Assembly: GCA_963806535.1 (NCBI GenBank)
Contig: CAWDYC010000005.1
Location: 160,001 to 224,000, forward strand
DNA from: Candidatus Bathyarchaeota archaeon
Lineage (GTDB): Archaea; Thermoproteota; Bathyarchaeia; Bathyarchaeales; Bathycorpusculaceae
Direction of reading: 5' to 3'
DNA: 64,000 nucleotides
The notes under the pieces were generated by a model that saw nothing but the letters and a program-made list of their open reading frames with translations, did no database searches and had not been told where the DNA came from. The translations under genes and the position numbers were made by a program. Positions 21,090 to 31,879 of the stretch are shown here, piece after piece (the stretch's first letter is position 1; each line of letters starts with the position of its first letter).

Positions 21090-22520
21090 ATGAAGAAGCT
21101 TTTCTGCTCTTTGCTAATTATTGTCTTCTTAGCTGGCAGCACATTTTTCATGGGTAATGTTCATGCCTCTTCGTCTGTTGGTGGACTAATAACTTCCGAC
21201 ACTACTTGGGGAATAGCAAATAGCCCTTATCAACTAACAGGGTCCGTCGGCGTGTCAAGTGGCGTAACCTTAACGATTGAGCCTGGGGTAACTGTCGATT
21301 TTAAGGCTTACTACATACAGGTTAACGGAACACTGAGAGCTGAAGGTACAAACGATAAGAATATTGTTTTTACAACGGATTACCCGTTCGGTCAAACCGA
21401 AGGCTTCCAAATCCAATTTTTCCCAGGTAGCGCAAGTTGGAGCGAACAAACACAGACAGGTTGTATAATAGAAAACTGCTTTGTTCATAGCAGCTGCATT
21501 GTCATTACAGATTGTTCCCCAAAAATAAGTAAAAACGTTTTTTCCAACCAGACAGCACAAGCATTATGGGTAAATAGTGACCCTACATTAGTAGCTTCAC
21601 CATTAGTTGTTAATAACACTTTTAATTTAATGGGAAACGCCTGCATGCATGTAAGAGGCTCCTCAAACATTGTAAATAACAAGATTATTGGAACAGGTAA
21701 TGAATATGGAATCACTGCTTCAGATAACGCGTATGTGCGAAACAACCGGATAGAACATTGCTGTGTTGGGGCATCTCTCAGCCAACAAGTAATCCTTGAA
21801 GGGAACACCATATTGTACTGTAGTCTCCACGCAGTGGACAGTGGTGACTCATCTAAAATTTTACACAACTACATATCCGGTAACCAAATTGGAATAATTG
21901 GGAGCGGAATAATTCAGGACAACACAGTAATCAACAATAAAGAGGGTTTAGATGTCAATCCCCCAACGAGCGTTACCAACAACAACATTTACGGCAACTC
22001 CGAAAACAACGTAGTTCTGAGAAGCCCAGAAAATGTTGATTTAGCTAATAATTGGTGGGGAACCACGGACACCCATGCTATAACCACATCAATCCACGAT
22101 TCAAAATATGACTTCAGCCTGGGCACTGTTAACTTTGAGCCAATTCTAACAGATCCAAGCTCAACAGCGCCGTCAAGCCCTAATATTAATCTTGGTCCAC
22201 TTCCAACGCCTGCGCTAACATTCTCCACACAAGAACCCACTCCTGTAATTTCACCAAATTACACACCCGGTCAAGGTCTTCAAACTTCAAGTCCAAATTC
22301 ATTAGGTGCAGTCAGCGGCTCCTCATCACCTGACGATCCATTAGCCCATCTAAGCTTCACGGAAGCAATCGAAATAATGCTAATAATCGTGGGCATTGGT
22401 TGGGTAGTTGGGACCCTTGCTTATTTCAACAGAAGATCTCAAAAAAATGTTGTTAAGAGAGCGAAAAGACGTAAGCCTATAAAACAAGGGCCCGCTAAGT
22501 TAATTGAGGGTAATAAATGA
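21090..22520 (+). CDS. Right-handed parallel beta-helix surface protein with C-terminal TM anchor
   Basis: Signal peptide, SPYQLTG..VTLTIEPG, N-rich repeats, NNWWGTTD, P/T/S linker, TM plus basic tail. Confidence 0.85.
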   Translation: MKKLFCSLLIIVFLAGSTFFMGNVHASSSVGGLITSDTTWGIANSPYQLTGSVGVSSGVTLTIEPGVTVDFKAYYIQVNGTLRAEGTNDKNIVFTTDYPFGQTEGFQIQFFPGSASWSEQTQTGCIIENCFVHSSCIVITDCSPKISKNVFSNQTAQALWVNSDPTLVASPLVVNNTFNLMGNACMHVRGSSNIVNNKIIGTGNEYGITASDNAYVRNNRIEHCCVGASLSQQVILEGNTILYCSLHAVDSGDSSKILHNYISGNQIGIIGSGIIQDNTVINNKEGLDVNPPTSVTNNNIYGNSENNVVLRSPENVDLANNWWGTTDTHAITTSIHDSKYDFSLGTVNFEPILTDPSSTAPSSPNINLGPLPTPALTFSTQEPTPVISPNYTPGQGLQTSSPNSLGAVSGSSSPDDPLAHLSFTEAIEIMLIIVGIGWVVGTLAYFNRRSQKNVVKRAKRRKPIKQGPAKLIEGNK

Positions 22521-23927
22521 AAAAGCTACTATTTGCTGCTCTCTTTATCGTTGTGACCCTAATTGGGTTAGCTTTTATAACCAATATTCATGCTTCCAAG
22601 TTTGTTGGTGGATTAATAGTTTCGGACACAACGTGGAGCGCGGCTGATAGTCCTTATCAATTGACTGGTCCTGTCGGAGTGCCAAGCGGTGTAACCTTAA
22701 CAATTGAGCCTGGAGCAACTGTTGATTTTGGCAGTTACTATCTTTTAGTAAACGGCACACTTACAGCACAAGGCACAAGCAGCAATAATATTTGTATAAA
22801 AACAGATGACCCAATAAGCAATCCATACCAACAAATACAGTTTAATCCTTCAAGCACCGGTTGGAATGACCAAACAAATTCAGGCTGCATTATTGAATAT
22901 GTCCTTTTCAATCAAGTATCCATTATTGCCCAAGGATGTTCCCCAAAAATAGCAAACAATGTTTTCAATAATCCAATTTGGATGGCGGTTTTATCAAAAG
23001 GCGGCGGTTCACCTTCTATTACAGGTAATATCGTTCAAAATGCAGCCATAGAAGGCATATCCGTTGGCGGCTCCTCAACCGTTGCAAATAACTTCTTCAA
23101 TATAACCGGGGGTCAAGCAACCGCAATTGTAGCACACGAAAATGCTGTCGTTTTAAATAACAAAATTCTCAGCTTTTACAACGGAATCAATGCTGATGGA
23201 CAGGTAGCTATTAAAGGAAATGTAATAGATAACTGCAGCAATTATGGAATATCAGGTAACAGTGCTAAAGTTGACATTGAGAACAATTACCTAGTTAACA
23301 ATAACATTGGAATTATAGCTGGAGGCACTATAGAAAATAACGCTTTAGTTAATAGTGCAATAGGAATCCAAATTCAATCAACACCTCTTTCCGCAACTAT
23401 AACAAATAACAATATCCTTGGTAGCACTCAAAACAGTGTTGTTATTCTATGTAACACAAATATTGACTTATCGAATAATTGGTGGGGCACAACAGATACG
23501 CAAGCAATAAACCAAACGATACGGGACTTCAAATACGATTTCAACCTTGGTGTTGTTAATTTCCTTCCCATTCTTAATCAACCAAGCTCAACCGCACCAA
23601 TAAGCGCTGACATCGATCTGGAACAAATGCCGACCGCAATGCCAACGAGCCAATCTCAGCCCACTAATAGTTTACCAACCAATACCAATCAAGCGTCGCA
23701 ACCAACAGCTACTAGCCCGAATTCTCTTAGGTGCAGTTAGTGGTTCATCATCAGTTGATGACCCTTTAGCCCATTTAAACCTCATTGAAGTAGTTGAAAT
23801 AGTGCTTATCGCACTAGCCGTCGTTTGGGTAATTGGAATTCTGGTGTACGTTAATAGAAGGTCTCAAAAAAAGGCTGTCAAAAAAGCGAAAAAACGTAAA
23901 GCTACTAAAGCAAAAGCCATAAAGTAA
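22517..23927 (+). CDS. Paralogous beta-helix surface protein (indel ~23728)
   Basis: Same motifs as the upstream gene; shifted frame continues GAVSGSSSVDDPLAHL..NRRSQKKAVKK..AIK*. Confidence 0.82.
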
Positions 23928-24126
23928 TCGATTCTTAAAGGCAACGAGACCAAATAAGATCTAACTTCTAACAAAAAACCGCTTACTTTCCATAGACTTC
24001 ACGTAAAAAAGTCATGTCTTAAACATGGAAGAATATCTAAGGCTTTACTGAAGATTTATGTATTTGAGTAGGGCATTCAAATAAAATAAGCACGTAGGTG
24101 CTACCTAACTGTCAAAGTGAATTAAT

Positions 24127-24688
24127 GTGACTGAGACAGCATCAACAATCTCCATCAGGCAAAGAGCCGATAAAAGCTTCTGAGCTAGATCCAAAATTCA
24201 AGTACGAACTGCAGAAACAGCACGGAAGCGAAAAAATACTTAAGTGTTTTCAGTGCGGAACATGCACATCAGACTGTCCAGTTGCGAGATACAGTGACAG
24301 TTACCGTCCACGCACACTAATTCACATGGCACAGCTTGGTCTGAAAGACCGCGTTCTCAAAAGTGACACATTATGGTTATGCGCAGCCTGCTTCACTTGC
24401 ACCGATCGATGCCCTCAGGATGTTGAGGTGGCAGCGGTAATTAGAGTATTTCGAAATTTAGCAGCAGAAAGTGGTTGTGTACCTCAAGTCTTCAAAGATC
24501 AAACTGCAAGTCTGCTTGAATCAGGTTACGCTTTCAAGATTCCTGAGTTGAGAGTTAAAAAACGCGAATCCCAATGTTTGCCTCCTTTGCCAAAAGGCAA
24601 CCCTGAAAACGTACGAAAAGTACTCAAAGGCGTAAAATTCGTCGAAACCGTCCAGAAACCAGTAGGAGGGCAACCAGCTGGGAAATAA
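24127..24688 (+). CDS. hdrC: Heterodisulfide reductase subunit C (start uncertain)
   Basis: In frame upstream of ORF 24326: CFQCGTCTSDCP; then WLCAACFTCTDRCPQ. Confidence 0.88.
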
Positions 24689-25572
24689 ATACCTGATTTT
24701 TCTTGGATGCGCAATTCCTTATCGTGTTTCTGCCTATGAGATTTCTGCTCGCAAAGTTCTCGCGAAGCTCGGTGTTGAATTGGTTGAGATGCCCGAATTC
24801 AATTGTTGTGGTTTACCTTTAGATCCAGTAAGTCATGAAATGATGCTTATCTTAGCGGCAAAAAACTTGGCGATGGCAGAGCAAACGGGCTTAAATATTC
24901 TGACACTTTGTCCTGGATGTGCCGGCACACTAAAAAAAGTCAATAAAATCCTTAAAGAGGATAAAGCACTAAAAGAGCAAATTAATGGTCACCTCAAAGA
25001 AGTAGGATTGGAGTTCAAAGGTACAATAGAAGCAAAACATCTTCTTCAATTGTTAAAGGAAGATGTTGGCGTAGAAAAAATAAAAGCCTCGGTCGTAAAA
25101 CCACTTACAATGCTTAAAGTTGCAGAACACAACGGTTGCCACATCTTAAGACCCAAAGAATACATCGGTTTTGACGATCCTGAAGATCCACAAACTCTAA
25201 AAATGCTCATCGAAGCTACTGGAGCAACTATGCCTGGATTACATTGACGAAACAGAATGTTGTGGAGCACCAAGCGTTGGAGTTAGTGACAAAATCGCCT
25301 TGCAACTCGCTCGAGATAAGTTAAGTCACGTAAAAATGGTTGAGGCTCAAGCGTTAATCACAATTTGTCCATTTTGCCATATAATGTATGATACAAACGA
25401 GTTACGCATAGAGAAAGTGTTTAATGAAACCTATGGCATCCCGATTCTGCATTACCCACAACTGCTCGGGTTAGCAATGGGCTTAACTCCAGAAGAATTA
25501 GCCTTCAATGAACTCCGAGTTAACGCATCAAAAATACTAAAACAAATAGCTGAAGAAGGAAACAAACAATGA
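24678..25572 (+). CDS. hdrB: Heterodisulfide reductase subunit B (probable CTG start; indel ~25235)
   Basis: YLIFLGCAIP, NCCG, LCPGC, HNGCH, ECCG, ICPFCHIMYD, HYPQLLGLAMG (two CCG domains). Confidence 0.9.
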
Positions 25573-26558
25573 GCAAAAACAAACTAAAAATAGCGTTTTA
25601 CTGGGCTGCAAGCTGCGGCGGCTGCGAAATAGCAGTCCTAGACTTAAACGAAAAAATCCTTGACGTAGTACAATTAGCCGACATTGTTTTTTGGCCAGTG
25701 GCTATTGACATCAAATACAAAGATGTAGAAGCAATGCCTGAAAAATCAATTGACATAACATTCTTTAACGGTTCAATACGCAACTCAGAACAAGAACATA
25801 TGGCTAAGGTTTTGAGGGAAAAATCGAAAACACTTGTTGCATTCGGCTCATGCGCTCACCAAGGAAGTGTGCCTGGACTAGCAAACTTAAATAACAAAAA
25901 AGAAATTTTCGATCAAGTTTACATAAAAGACAAATCAAATATTAACCCGCAAGCAACTACTCCTAAAACTCAAACTCAAGTCAAAGAAGGCACACTCAAA
26001 ATCCCTGAATTCTACGACACAGTAAAAACCCTTGCTCAAACAGTCGATGTAGATTATTACTTGCCAGGTTGCCCACCACCAGTTAAACTAATCGCTGCCG
26101 CAATAGATGCAATAGCCAGCAACAAACTGCCGCCAAAAGGCTCAGTGCTTGCACCGCTCAAAGCAGTATGCGATGAATGCCCAAGAAAACGTGATAACAA
26201 AAAAATCGGCAAAATTTTCAGAGTTTACGATAAAGCTCCTGAACCAGAAAAATGTTTGCTTGAACAAGGTATCCTCTGTTTAGGACTTGCAACTAGAAGC
26301 GGATGCGGTGCTCAATGCTTAAAAGTTGATATGCCATGCACAGGCTGCGGTGGACCAGCTCCAAACGTTCCAGATCAAGGAGCAGCAATGATCAGCGCTT
26401 TAGCGTCGATACTTGGGTACGAAGGCGAGCCGGGTAAGGTAAAGTACACCGAGAAAGAAATTGAAGATTTGCTCAGTCAAGTTAAAGATCCAGTTGGAAC
26501 ATTCTATATGTATAGTTTACCAGCCTCAATTTTAAAAAGAAAAGTGATTAAAAAATGA
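25569..26558 (+). CDS. mvhG: F420-non-reducing (group 3c) hydrogenase small subunit
   Basis: WAASCGGCE, GSCA, PGCPP, VCDECPR, CLLEQG.LCLG.ATRSGCGAQC..PCTGCGGP. Confidence 0.92.
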   Translation: MSKNKLKIAFYWAASCGGCEIAVLDLNEKILDVVQLADIVFWPVAIDIKYKDVEAMPEKSIDITFFNGSIRNSEQEHMAKVLREKSKTLVAFGSCAHQGSVPGLANLNNKKEIFDQVYIKDKSNINPQATTPKTQTQVKEGTLKIPEFYDTVKTLAQTVDVDYYLPGCPPPVKLIAAAIDAIASNKLPPKGSVLAPLKAVCDECPRKRDNKKIGKIFRVYDKAPEPEKCLLEQGILCLGLATRSGCGAQCLKVDMPCTGCGGPAPNVPDQGAAMISALASILGYEGEPGKVKYTEKEIEDLLSQVKDPVGTFYMYSLPASILKRKVIKK

Positions 26559-28009
26559 AAGAAATAATTATAGATCCAATTACCCGACTTGAAGGACATG
26601 GCAACGTATCCATATTCCTAAACGACAACGGCGAAGTAGAAAACGCATATCTCAAGATTCCAGAGCTTAGAGGCTTCGAAAAATTCTGCATCGGCAGACG
26701 AGCCGAACTCATGCCTCAACTAACCACAAGAATCTGCGGTGTCTGCCCAGTTGCCCACCATTTTGCAGCAACAAAAGCCTTAGACGCGGCATTCAACGTT
26801 GAACCACCCTCAGCAGCAAAGAAACTACGCGAGCTCATGTACAGCGCATATTTCATTTACGATCATACATTGCATTTCTATTATCTTGGCGGACCAGACT
26901 TCGTAGTTGGACCAGATGCACCTCCAGAAAAACGCAACATCCTAGGTGTCATCGAGAAAGTAGGTATGCCTGTTGCAAAAGAAGTAATAAAACACAGAGC
27001 TTACGGCCAAAAAATGACTGAAATAATCGGGGGAAAAGCAACCCATCCAGTCTGCGGATTACCAGGCGGAATCTCCAAATCATTAACTGAAGAAAATAGA
27101 CAAGAAATCGAAAACATGGCTTCTTCATGCGTAGACTTTGCACAGTTCACACTGAAACTTTTCCATGACATTGTTTTAGGCAACACCAAATACCTTGAAA
27201 TGATCAAGAGCCAAGCATACACTATGCCCACCTACTACATGGGAACAGTTGACCAAAACAACAAAGTCAACTTTTACGACGGCAAAATCCGCGTCGTTGA
27301 CCCATCAGGCAAAGAATTCCTCAAATTCGAATCAAAAGATTACCTAAAACACATCGGCGAACACGTTGAAGAATGGACATACAGTAAATTCCCATACCTA
27401 AAAGCAATCGGTTGGAAAGGACAAGTTCCAGGTAAAGACAGTGGCATCTACCGTGTTGGCCCACTGGCAAGGCTAAACGCTTCAGATGGTATGGCAACAC
27501 CGCTTGCACAGGCAGAATACGAAGTTATGTACAAGACGCTTGGCGGCAAACCAGTCCACAGCACCTTGGCTTTCCACTGGGCACGGCTAATCGAACTTCT
27601 ATATGCGACTGAACGAACAATGGAACTAGTCAAAGATCCAGAAATCACCAGCACAAACGTTCGAAACACACCAGGAGAACCAACTGAAGGCGTCGGTATC
27701 ACCGAAGCAGCACGCGGCACGCTAATCCACCACTACACATTAGACAAAGATGCACTTGTCAAAGACGTAAACCTAATCGTAGCAACAACAAACAATTACC
27801 CAGCAATCTGTATGAGCATACGTGACGCAGCAAAAGGATTAATCCACAACGGCAAAGTTGACCAAGGCATACTAAACATGGTTGAAATGGCTTTCCGAGC
27901 TTACGACCCATGCTTCGGATGCGCAACGCATGCCGCAATCGGACAAATGCCACTTACTGTAGAAGTCTTCAACGCCCAAAAACAATTAGTCAGCACCGTT
28001 AGTCGTTAG
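26555..28009 (+). CDS. mvhA: Group 3c [NiFe] hydrogenase large subunit
   Basis: TRLEGHG, RICGVCPVAH, RAYDPCFGCATH plus extension. Confidence 0.92.
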   Translation: MKEIIIDPITRLEGHGNVSIFLNDNGEVENAYLKIPELRGFEKFCIGRRAELMPQLTTRICGVCPVAHHFAATKALDAAFNVEPPSAAKKLRELMYSAYFIYDHTLHFYYLGGPDFVVGPDAPPEKRNILGVIEKVGMPVAKEVIKHRAYGQKMTEIIGGKATHPVCGLPGGISKSLTEENRQEIENMASSCVDFAQFTLKLFHDIVLGNTKYLEMIKSQAYTMPTYYMGTVDQNNKVNFYDGKIRVVDPSGKEFLKFESKDYLKHIGEHVEEWTYSKFPYLKAIGWKGQVPGKDSGIYRVGPLARLNASDGMATPLAQAEYEVMYKTLGGKPVHSTLAFHWARLIELLYATERTMELVKDPEITSTNVRNTPGEPTEGVGITEAARGTLIHHYTLDKDALVKDVNLIVATTNNYPAICMSIRDAAKGLIHNGKVDQGILNMVEMAFRAYDPCFGCATHAAIGQMPLTVEVFNAQKQLVSTVSR

Positions 28010-28115
28010 TTAGCCCATTTTTTCTAAGGGCAATTTTTCATTTTTCTAATTCTGACTTAGTTTTTCGTCACAGCAAGTTTTATATTCAATTTCCTTTGAC
28101 TACAGCTCTGCTGAT

Positions 28116-28598
28116 GTGTTTAATTTGAAGAGTCTTGTTGTTTATTATTCCCGAACTGGTAACGCACGTTTTGTTGCTGAAACCATTGCAGCAGAAGTTG
28201 GTGCGGACGTTGAAGAAATCATCGATCAAAAAAAGCGAAGCGGCCCACTTGGCTTTCTTGCTGGCGGTTCTGACGCTAGAAGAGGCAAAGAAACTGTAAT
28301 TTCACCAACCACAAAATCACCCGCTGAATACGATCTGATCATCGTTGGAACACCTGTTTGGGCTAGTAGACCAAGTCCTGCTATTGTCACTTACCTCAAG
28401 AGGAACGATCTTTCAGGAAAGAAAGTGGCCTTTTTCTTTACTCGTGGAGGCAAAAAACCAACAGCTTTTGGCGAGACTAAAGCTTTAATTCCAAATTCTG
28501 ACTTCGTTGGCCAACTATCACTGATTACCCCTTTAGCTACAAAGAATGAATCTGAAAAGCAAATTACAGATTGGTGTAAAACACTAACTACGAACTAG
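28116..28598 (+). CDS. Flavodoxin
   Basis: VVYYSRTGN, YDLIIVGTPVW, GKKVAFFFT. Confidence 0.88.
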   Translation: MFNLKSLVVYYSRTGNARFVAETIAAEVGADVEEIIDQKKRSGPLGFLAGGSDARRGKETVISPTTKSPAEYDLIIVGTPVWASRPSPAIVTYLKRNDLSGKKVAFFFTRGGKKPTAFGETKALIPNSDFVGQLSLITPLATKNESEKQITDWCKTLTTN

Positions 28599-28698
28599 CA
28601 AACGGACATATTATTTACTTTTTGAAAACCCTAACATTTTAGGGTAAACCCTTATGTGAGTACAACGCTCTTTCTACTCCTGTACGTTTGGATGTTTT

Positions 28699-29058
28699 AT
28701 GCAACCGCAACCACCGAATCCCGAACATAAAAGAATGAAACGTGAGAAAAAAACCATAGGATACATGGTAGAAATCTACTGCAAAGGACACCACGAAACG
28801 CACGGCGAGCTATGCCCCGAATGCACAGAATTCAAAACATATGCGTTTATGCGACTTGACAAATGTCCTTTTCAAGACAAAAAAAGCACTTGTGGCAAAT
28901 GCACAATTCACTGTTATCGCCCAGACATGAAAGAAAAAGTAAAGAAAGTTATGCGTTATTCAGGTCCACGGATGCTTCTGCATCATCCAGGCTTAGGGTT
29001 GCATCATGCTTGGGATAGCCATCGAAAGCCTCCGCATTTAGCTAAGAAAGCAAACTAA
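28699..29058 (+). CDS. YgbA-like (nitrous oxide-stimulated promoter family) Cys-rich protein
   Basis: REKKTI..IYC..LCPEC..RLDKCP..TCGKCTIHCY..MRYSGPRML. Confidence 0.85.
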   Translation: MQPQPPNPEHKRMKREKKTIGYMVEIYCKGHHETHGELCPECTEFKTYAFMRLDKCPFQDKKSTCGKCTIHCYRPDMKEKVKKVMRYSGPRMLLHHPGLGLHHAWDSHRKPPHLAKKAN

Positions 29059-29129
29059 TGCTGCATCCTTCAGTATTGCATGGGAAACTTTTTCTAACTT
29101 TAACGATAATAATGTAAATTGAAGTTTCC

Positions 29130-29615
29130 ATGGTCGATCAACTTGAAAATGACCTGAAAAACTGGTTAATTTGCGCAAAAAAGGTTGTCTTAGCAGGTAT
29201 AGGCAACCCTATTCGTACAGATGATTTCATAGGGTTAAAGGTTATTCAGAGCCTGCAGGGTAAGCTGCAAAAAACTGTTCTTCTACTCGAAGCGGAAACA
29301 GTCCCAGAAAGCTACCTTTTGGACATAGAAGAGTTTAAGCCCACGCATGTACTGCTGATAGATGCTGCCTTTCTTGGCAAACACCCTGGAGCCGCCAGCC
29401 TTGTCGATGCTGAAAAAATAGTTGATTACTCTTCCATCACGACTCATCTGTTGCCTCTGCGCATTTTTTGCGAATATGTTAAGCATGCGACTGGAGCAAA
29501 AATTGCTTTACTTTTAGTTGAGCCAAAAAATATGGAGTTCGGTGAAGGCTTGACAATGGAAGTTCAAGCGGCTTCTGAACGGCTAGCAAAAATATTATTT
29601 GAATTGCTTGGTTAA
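29130..29615 (+). CDS. hycI: Hydrogenase maturation protease (HycI-like)
   Basis: GIGNPIRTDDFIG, ETVPE, IDAA, TTHLLPL. Confidence 0.88.
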   Translation: MVDQLENDLKNWLICAKKVVLAGIGNPIRTDDFIGLKVIQSLQGKLQKTVLLLEAETVPESYLLDIEEFKPTHVLLIDAAFLGKHPGAASLVDAEKIVDYSSITTHLLPLRIFCEYVKHATGAKIALLLVEPKNMEFGEGLTMEVQAASERLAKILFELLG

Positions 29616-30097
29616 CTTTCTTTTCTTTTGAAAACATAGTTTATTGTAAGAGTTACTTTACCTAAGTTGGTGTGTAATTCTTTTAATTCAATTTGGTCTT
29701 TGCCTACCCATTTTGCCGTTATGTTTTCTTCTAGCTCTTGATCTTCAAATGTTCCTCTCCAGTGTAGCTCAAGGATTGCGTTATCTTTCCAGTTTCCTAC
29801 ATGGTCGTGTACATCGCCTTCTGAGGTTACGCTAAAGAGGTGAACTTTGCCAGTGGAGCAATCAAAACTCCACAAGTCATTTTCATAGTAATCATCGTAG
29901 CCTTCGATATGAGCGTCTATTTCAGAGTTTACGCCTACATCCCTGATTTCTACCGCAGTCATTTCACCGCAACCGGAAACAATTTTTTCTTCGCCAGCTT
30001 TCATAGCTATTCCTACAGCCCATTCTCCAATTAGTTGCTTGAGTAATTCTAACTCTTTACTCCGTTGAATGCTATGTGTCATAAAATCAACAATCAC
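29612..30097 (-). CDS. Hypothetical protein (possible beta-barrel, DUF1579-like)
   Basis: 161-aa ORF, ELELLKQLIGEW start, beta-strand pattern. Confidence 0.65.
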   Translation of the reverse strand: MIVDFMTHSIQRSKELELLKQLIGEWAVGIAMKAGEEKIVSGCGEMTAVEIRDVGVNSEIDAHIEGYDDYYENDLWSFDCSTGKVHLFSVTSEGDVHDHVGNWKDNAILELHWRGTFEDQELEENITAKWVGKDQIELKELHTNLGKVTLTINYVFKRKES

Positions 30098-30194
30098 AAA
30101 AAGTCGAAATTATATTATAAAGAAATGTGATTGATGTGTTGCAACAACTATGTACAAGTTATGTTAATTAGCCAGTTTTTAATTAGGCTTAACT

Positions 30195-30686
30195 GTGAAA
30201 AATGTTATGACTGGAAAAGCAGTTATTGTTATGGGTTCAGAGCGGGACTTAGACTTTTCTCGAGGTATAGCAAAGTACCTTAAGATTTTAGGGGTAGCTT
30301 ACGAATTTCGAGTAGCTTCAGCACATAAAAGTCCGGAGAAAGTTCTTGAAATAACAAAAGAATTCCAAAATGAAAAAATAGTCTTCATAACTGTTGCCGG
30401 ACGCTCAAATGCGCTTAGCGCTTTTGTTGACGCAAACTCATCTAAACCAGTTATCGCATGTCCACCTTACTCTGAAACTTACAGTGGAGTTGATATCTTC
30501 TCTTCTCTTCGAGTCCCTAGTGGTATAGGTTCGGTTGTAACTATCGAGCCAGAAGGAGCAGCCATAGCTACCGCAAAGATTTTTGCCTTAGAAGATACTG
30601 TTGTCGCAGAAACAATCAAGGGTTACCAAGCGTCAAAGAAGAAAGAGCTTGAAAAAGCAAATGAATCAGTAAAAAAACTGAAGTAA
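30195..30686 (+). CDS. purE: AIR carboxylase / N5-CAIR mutase
   Basis: VMGSERD, SAHKSP, AGRSNAL, PVIACP. Confidence 0.93.
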   Translation: MKNVMTGKAVIVMGSERDLDFSRGIAKYLKILGVAYEFRVASAHKSPEKVLEITKEFQNEKIVFITVAGRSNALSAFVDANSSKPVIACPPYSETYSGVDIFSSLRVPSGIGSVVTIEPEGAAIATAKIFALEDTVVAETIKGYQASKKKELEKANESVKKLK

Positions 30687-30817
30687 ACCCAACTCCTCAC
30701 TTCTTTTTTATTTTGAAATTCTATTAAAAATAAGAAAACATGGATGACCCCAAGACTAAAGCGATATAAACTATAACAGAATAATCTGCTAGAACCAAAA
30801 TAGCTGAGGGAATAGTC

Positions 30818-31879
30818 ATGGGCAGCGTTAAAGACCTCGAAATAATCAAAAAACCAACCCAGGAAACCATGGGTATTGGCCGATTCCACTTTTCAGACCG
30901 CTACAGCGTTTTTGACTGGGGCGAAATGCCCGACAAAATCGGAGCAAAAGGCGCAGCTCTTTGCCTTATGGGAGCTTATTGTTTTGAACAGTTAGAGCGT
31001 AAGGGTGTAAAGACTCATTATCAAGGTTTAGTTGGCGCAAATGGAAAGGTGGTGAGACTTGGGGCTTTAAAGCAGCCTGAAAGCGTTATGGAAGTCAATA
31101 TAGTTAATGTTTACAAGCCAAAGACAGGTGTAATTAACGGAAAAGTTGTCCATGATTACAGCCTGTACAAAAATAGCTTGAAGAACTGTTTGATTCCCCT
31201 TGAAATAATCTATAGAAACGGCTTGCCAGAAGGCTCGTCTGTTTTTAAGCGGCTTGAACAAGGAAAAATATCTTTCAAAGATTTAGGTTTAGATCACTAC
31301 CCTGAGCCAGGAGAACAGCTTGAAAAACCAATATTTGACGTTAGCACAAAACTTGAAGAAACAGACCGCTATGTCACGTGGCAAGAAGCACAGAAAATGG
31401 CTGGTTTAAACGACCAAGAACTAGCGGACATAACCAACGTTCTAGTTAAAGCAAATGAAACCATCACTGAAATGGCTTCAAAAGCAGGCCTAAAGAATGA
31501 AGATGGCAAAATAGAGTTAGCCTTCGACGAAAACAGGAAACTCATGGTGGTAGACGTTGTCGGAACCCTTGATGAATGCAGATTTACTTACGATGGAATG
31601 CATGTAAGCAAAGAAATTGCAAGGCAATTCTACAAAAAAACAGAGTGGTACATTGATTTGGAACAAGCCAAAAAAGAAGCTGAAGCCAAAGGCATACAGG
31701 ATTGGAAGTCACTGTGCAAATCGCAGCCTCCGAAATTAGACCCTAAACTTAAAACAATCATCAGTGAAATGTACATGGCAGCCGCAAATGAAATGACGGG
31801 TCACAAACTATTCAATGCGCCCTTGCTTGCGGACGTAATAGTCAAGTACAAAAATTACATGAAGGAACAACCATGTTAG
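30818..31879 (+). CDS. purC: SAICAR synthetase (long archaeal form)
   Basis: MGSVKD, FSDRYSVFDWG, STKLE, DGKIE, GTLDECRF, SKE. Confidence 0.92.
   Translation: MGSVKDLEIIKKPTQETMGIGRFHFSDRYSVFDWGEMPDKIGAKGAALCLMGAYCFEQLERKGVKTHYQGLVGANGKVVRLGALKQPESVMEVNIVNVYKPKTGVINGKVVHDYSLYKNSLKNCLIPLEIIYRNGLPEGSSVFKRLEQGKISFKDLGLDHYPEPGEQLEKPIFDVSTKLEETDRYVTWQEAQKMAGLNDQELADITNVLVKANETITEMASKAGLKNEDGKIELAFDENRKLMVVDVVGTLDECRFTYDGMHVSKEIARQFYKKTEWYIDLEQAKKEAEAKGIQDWKSLCKSQPPKLDPKLKTIISEMYMAAANEMTGHKLFNAPLLADVIVKYKNYMKEQPC

Noticed and set aside
24125-24133. ATG-TGA-CTG in frame with hdrC as selenocysteine readthrough
   Set aside because: The TGA would be codon 2, not a Cys-ligand position; the hydrogenase and Hdr motifs here use Cys. 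An indel after GTG 24127 or a CTG start explains it.
1-25600. Many frameshifts (livM, livH, binding protein, iorA/B, acd, hoxF/Y/H, beta-helix 2, hdrB) as programmed frameshifting or mass pseudogenisation
   Set aside because: They are scattered single-base indels with no shared slippery motif, and the catalytic motifs are otherwise intact; long-read consensus error is the simplest explanation. Short-read polishing would settle it.
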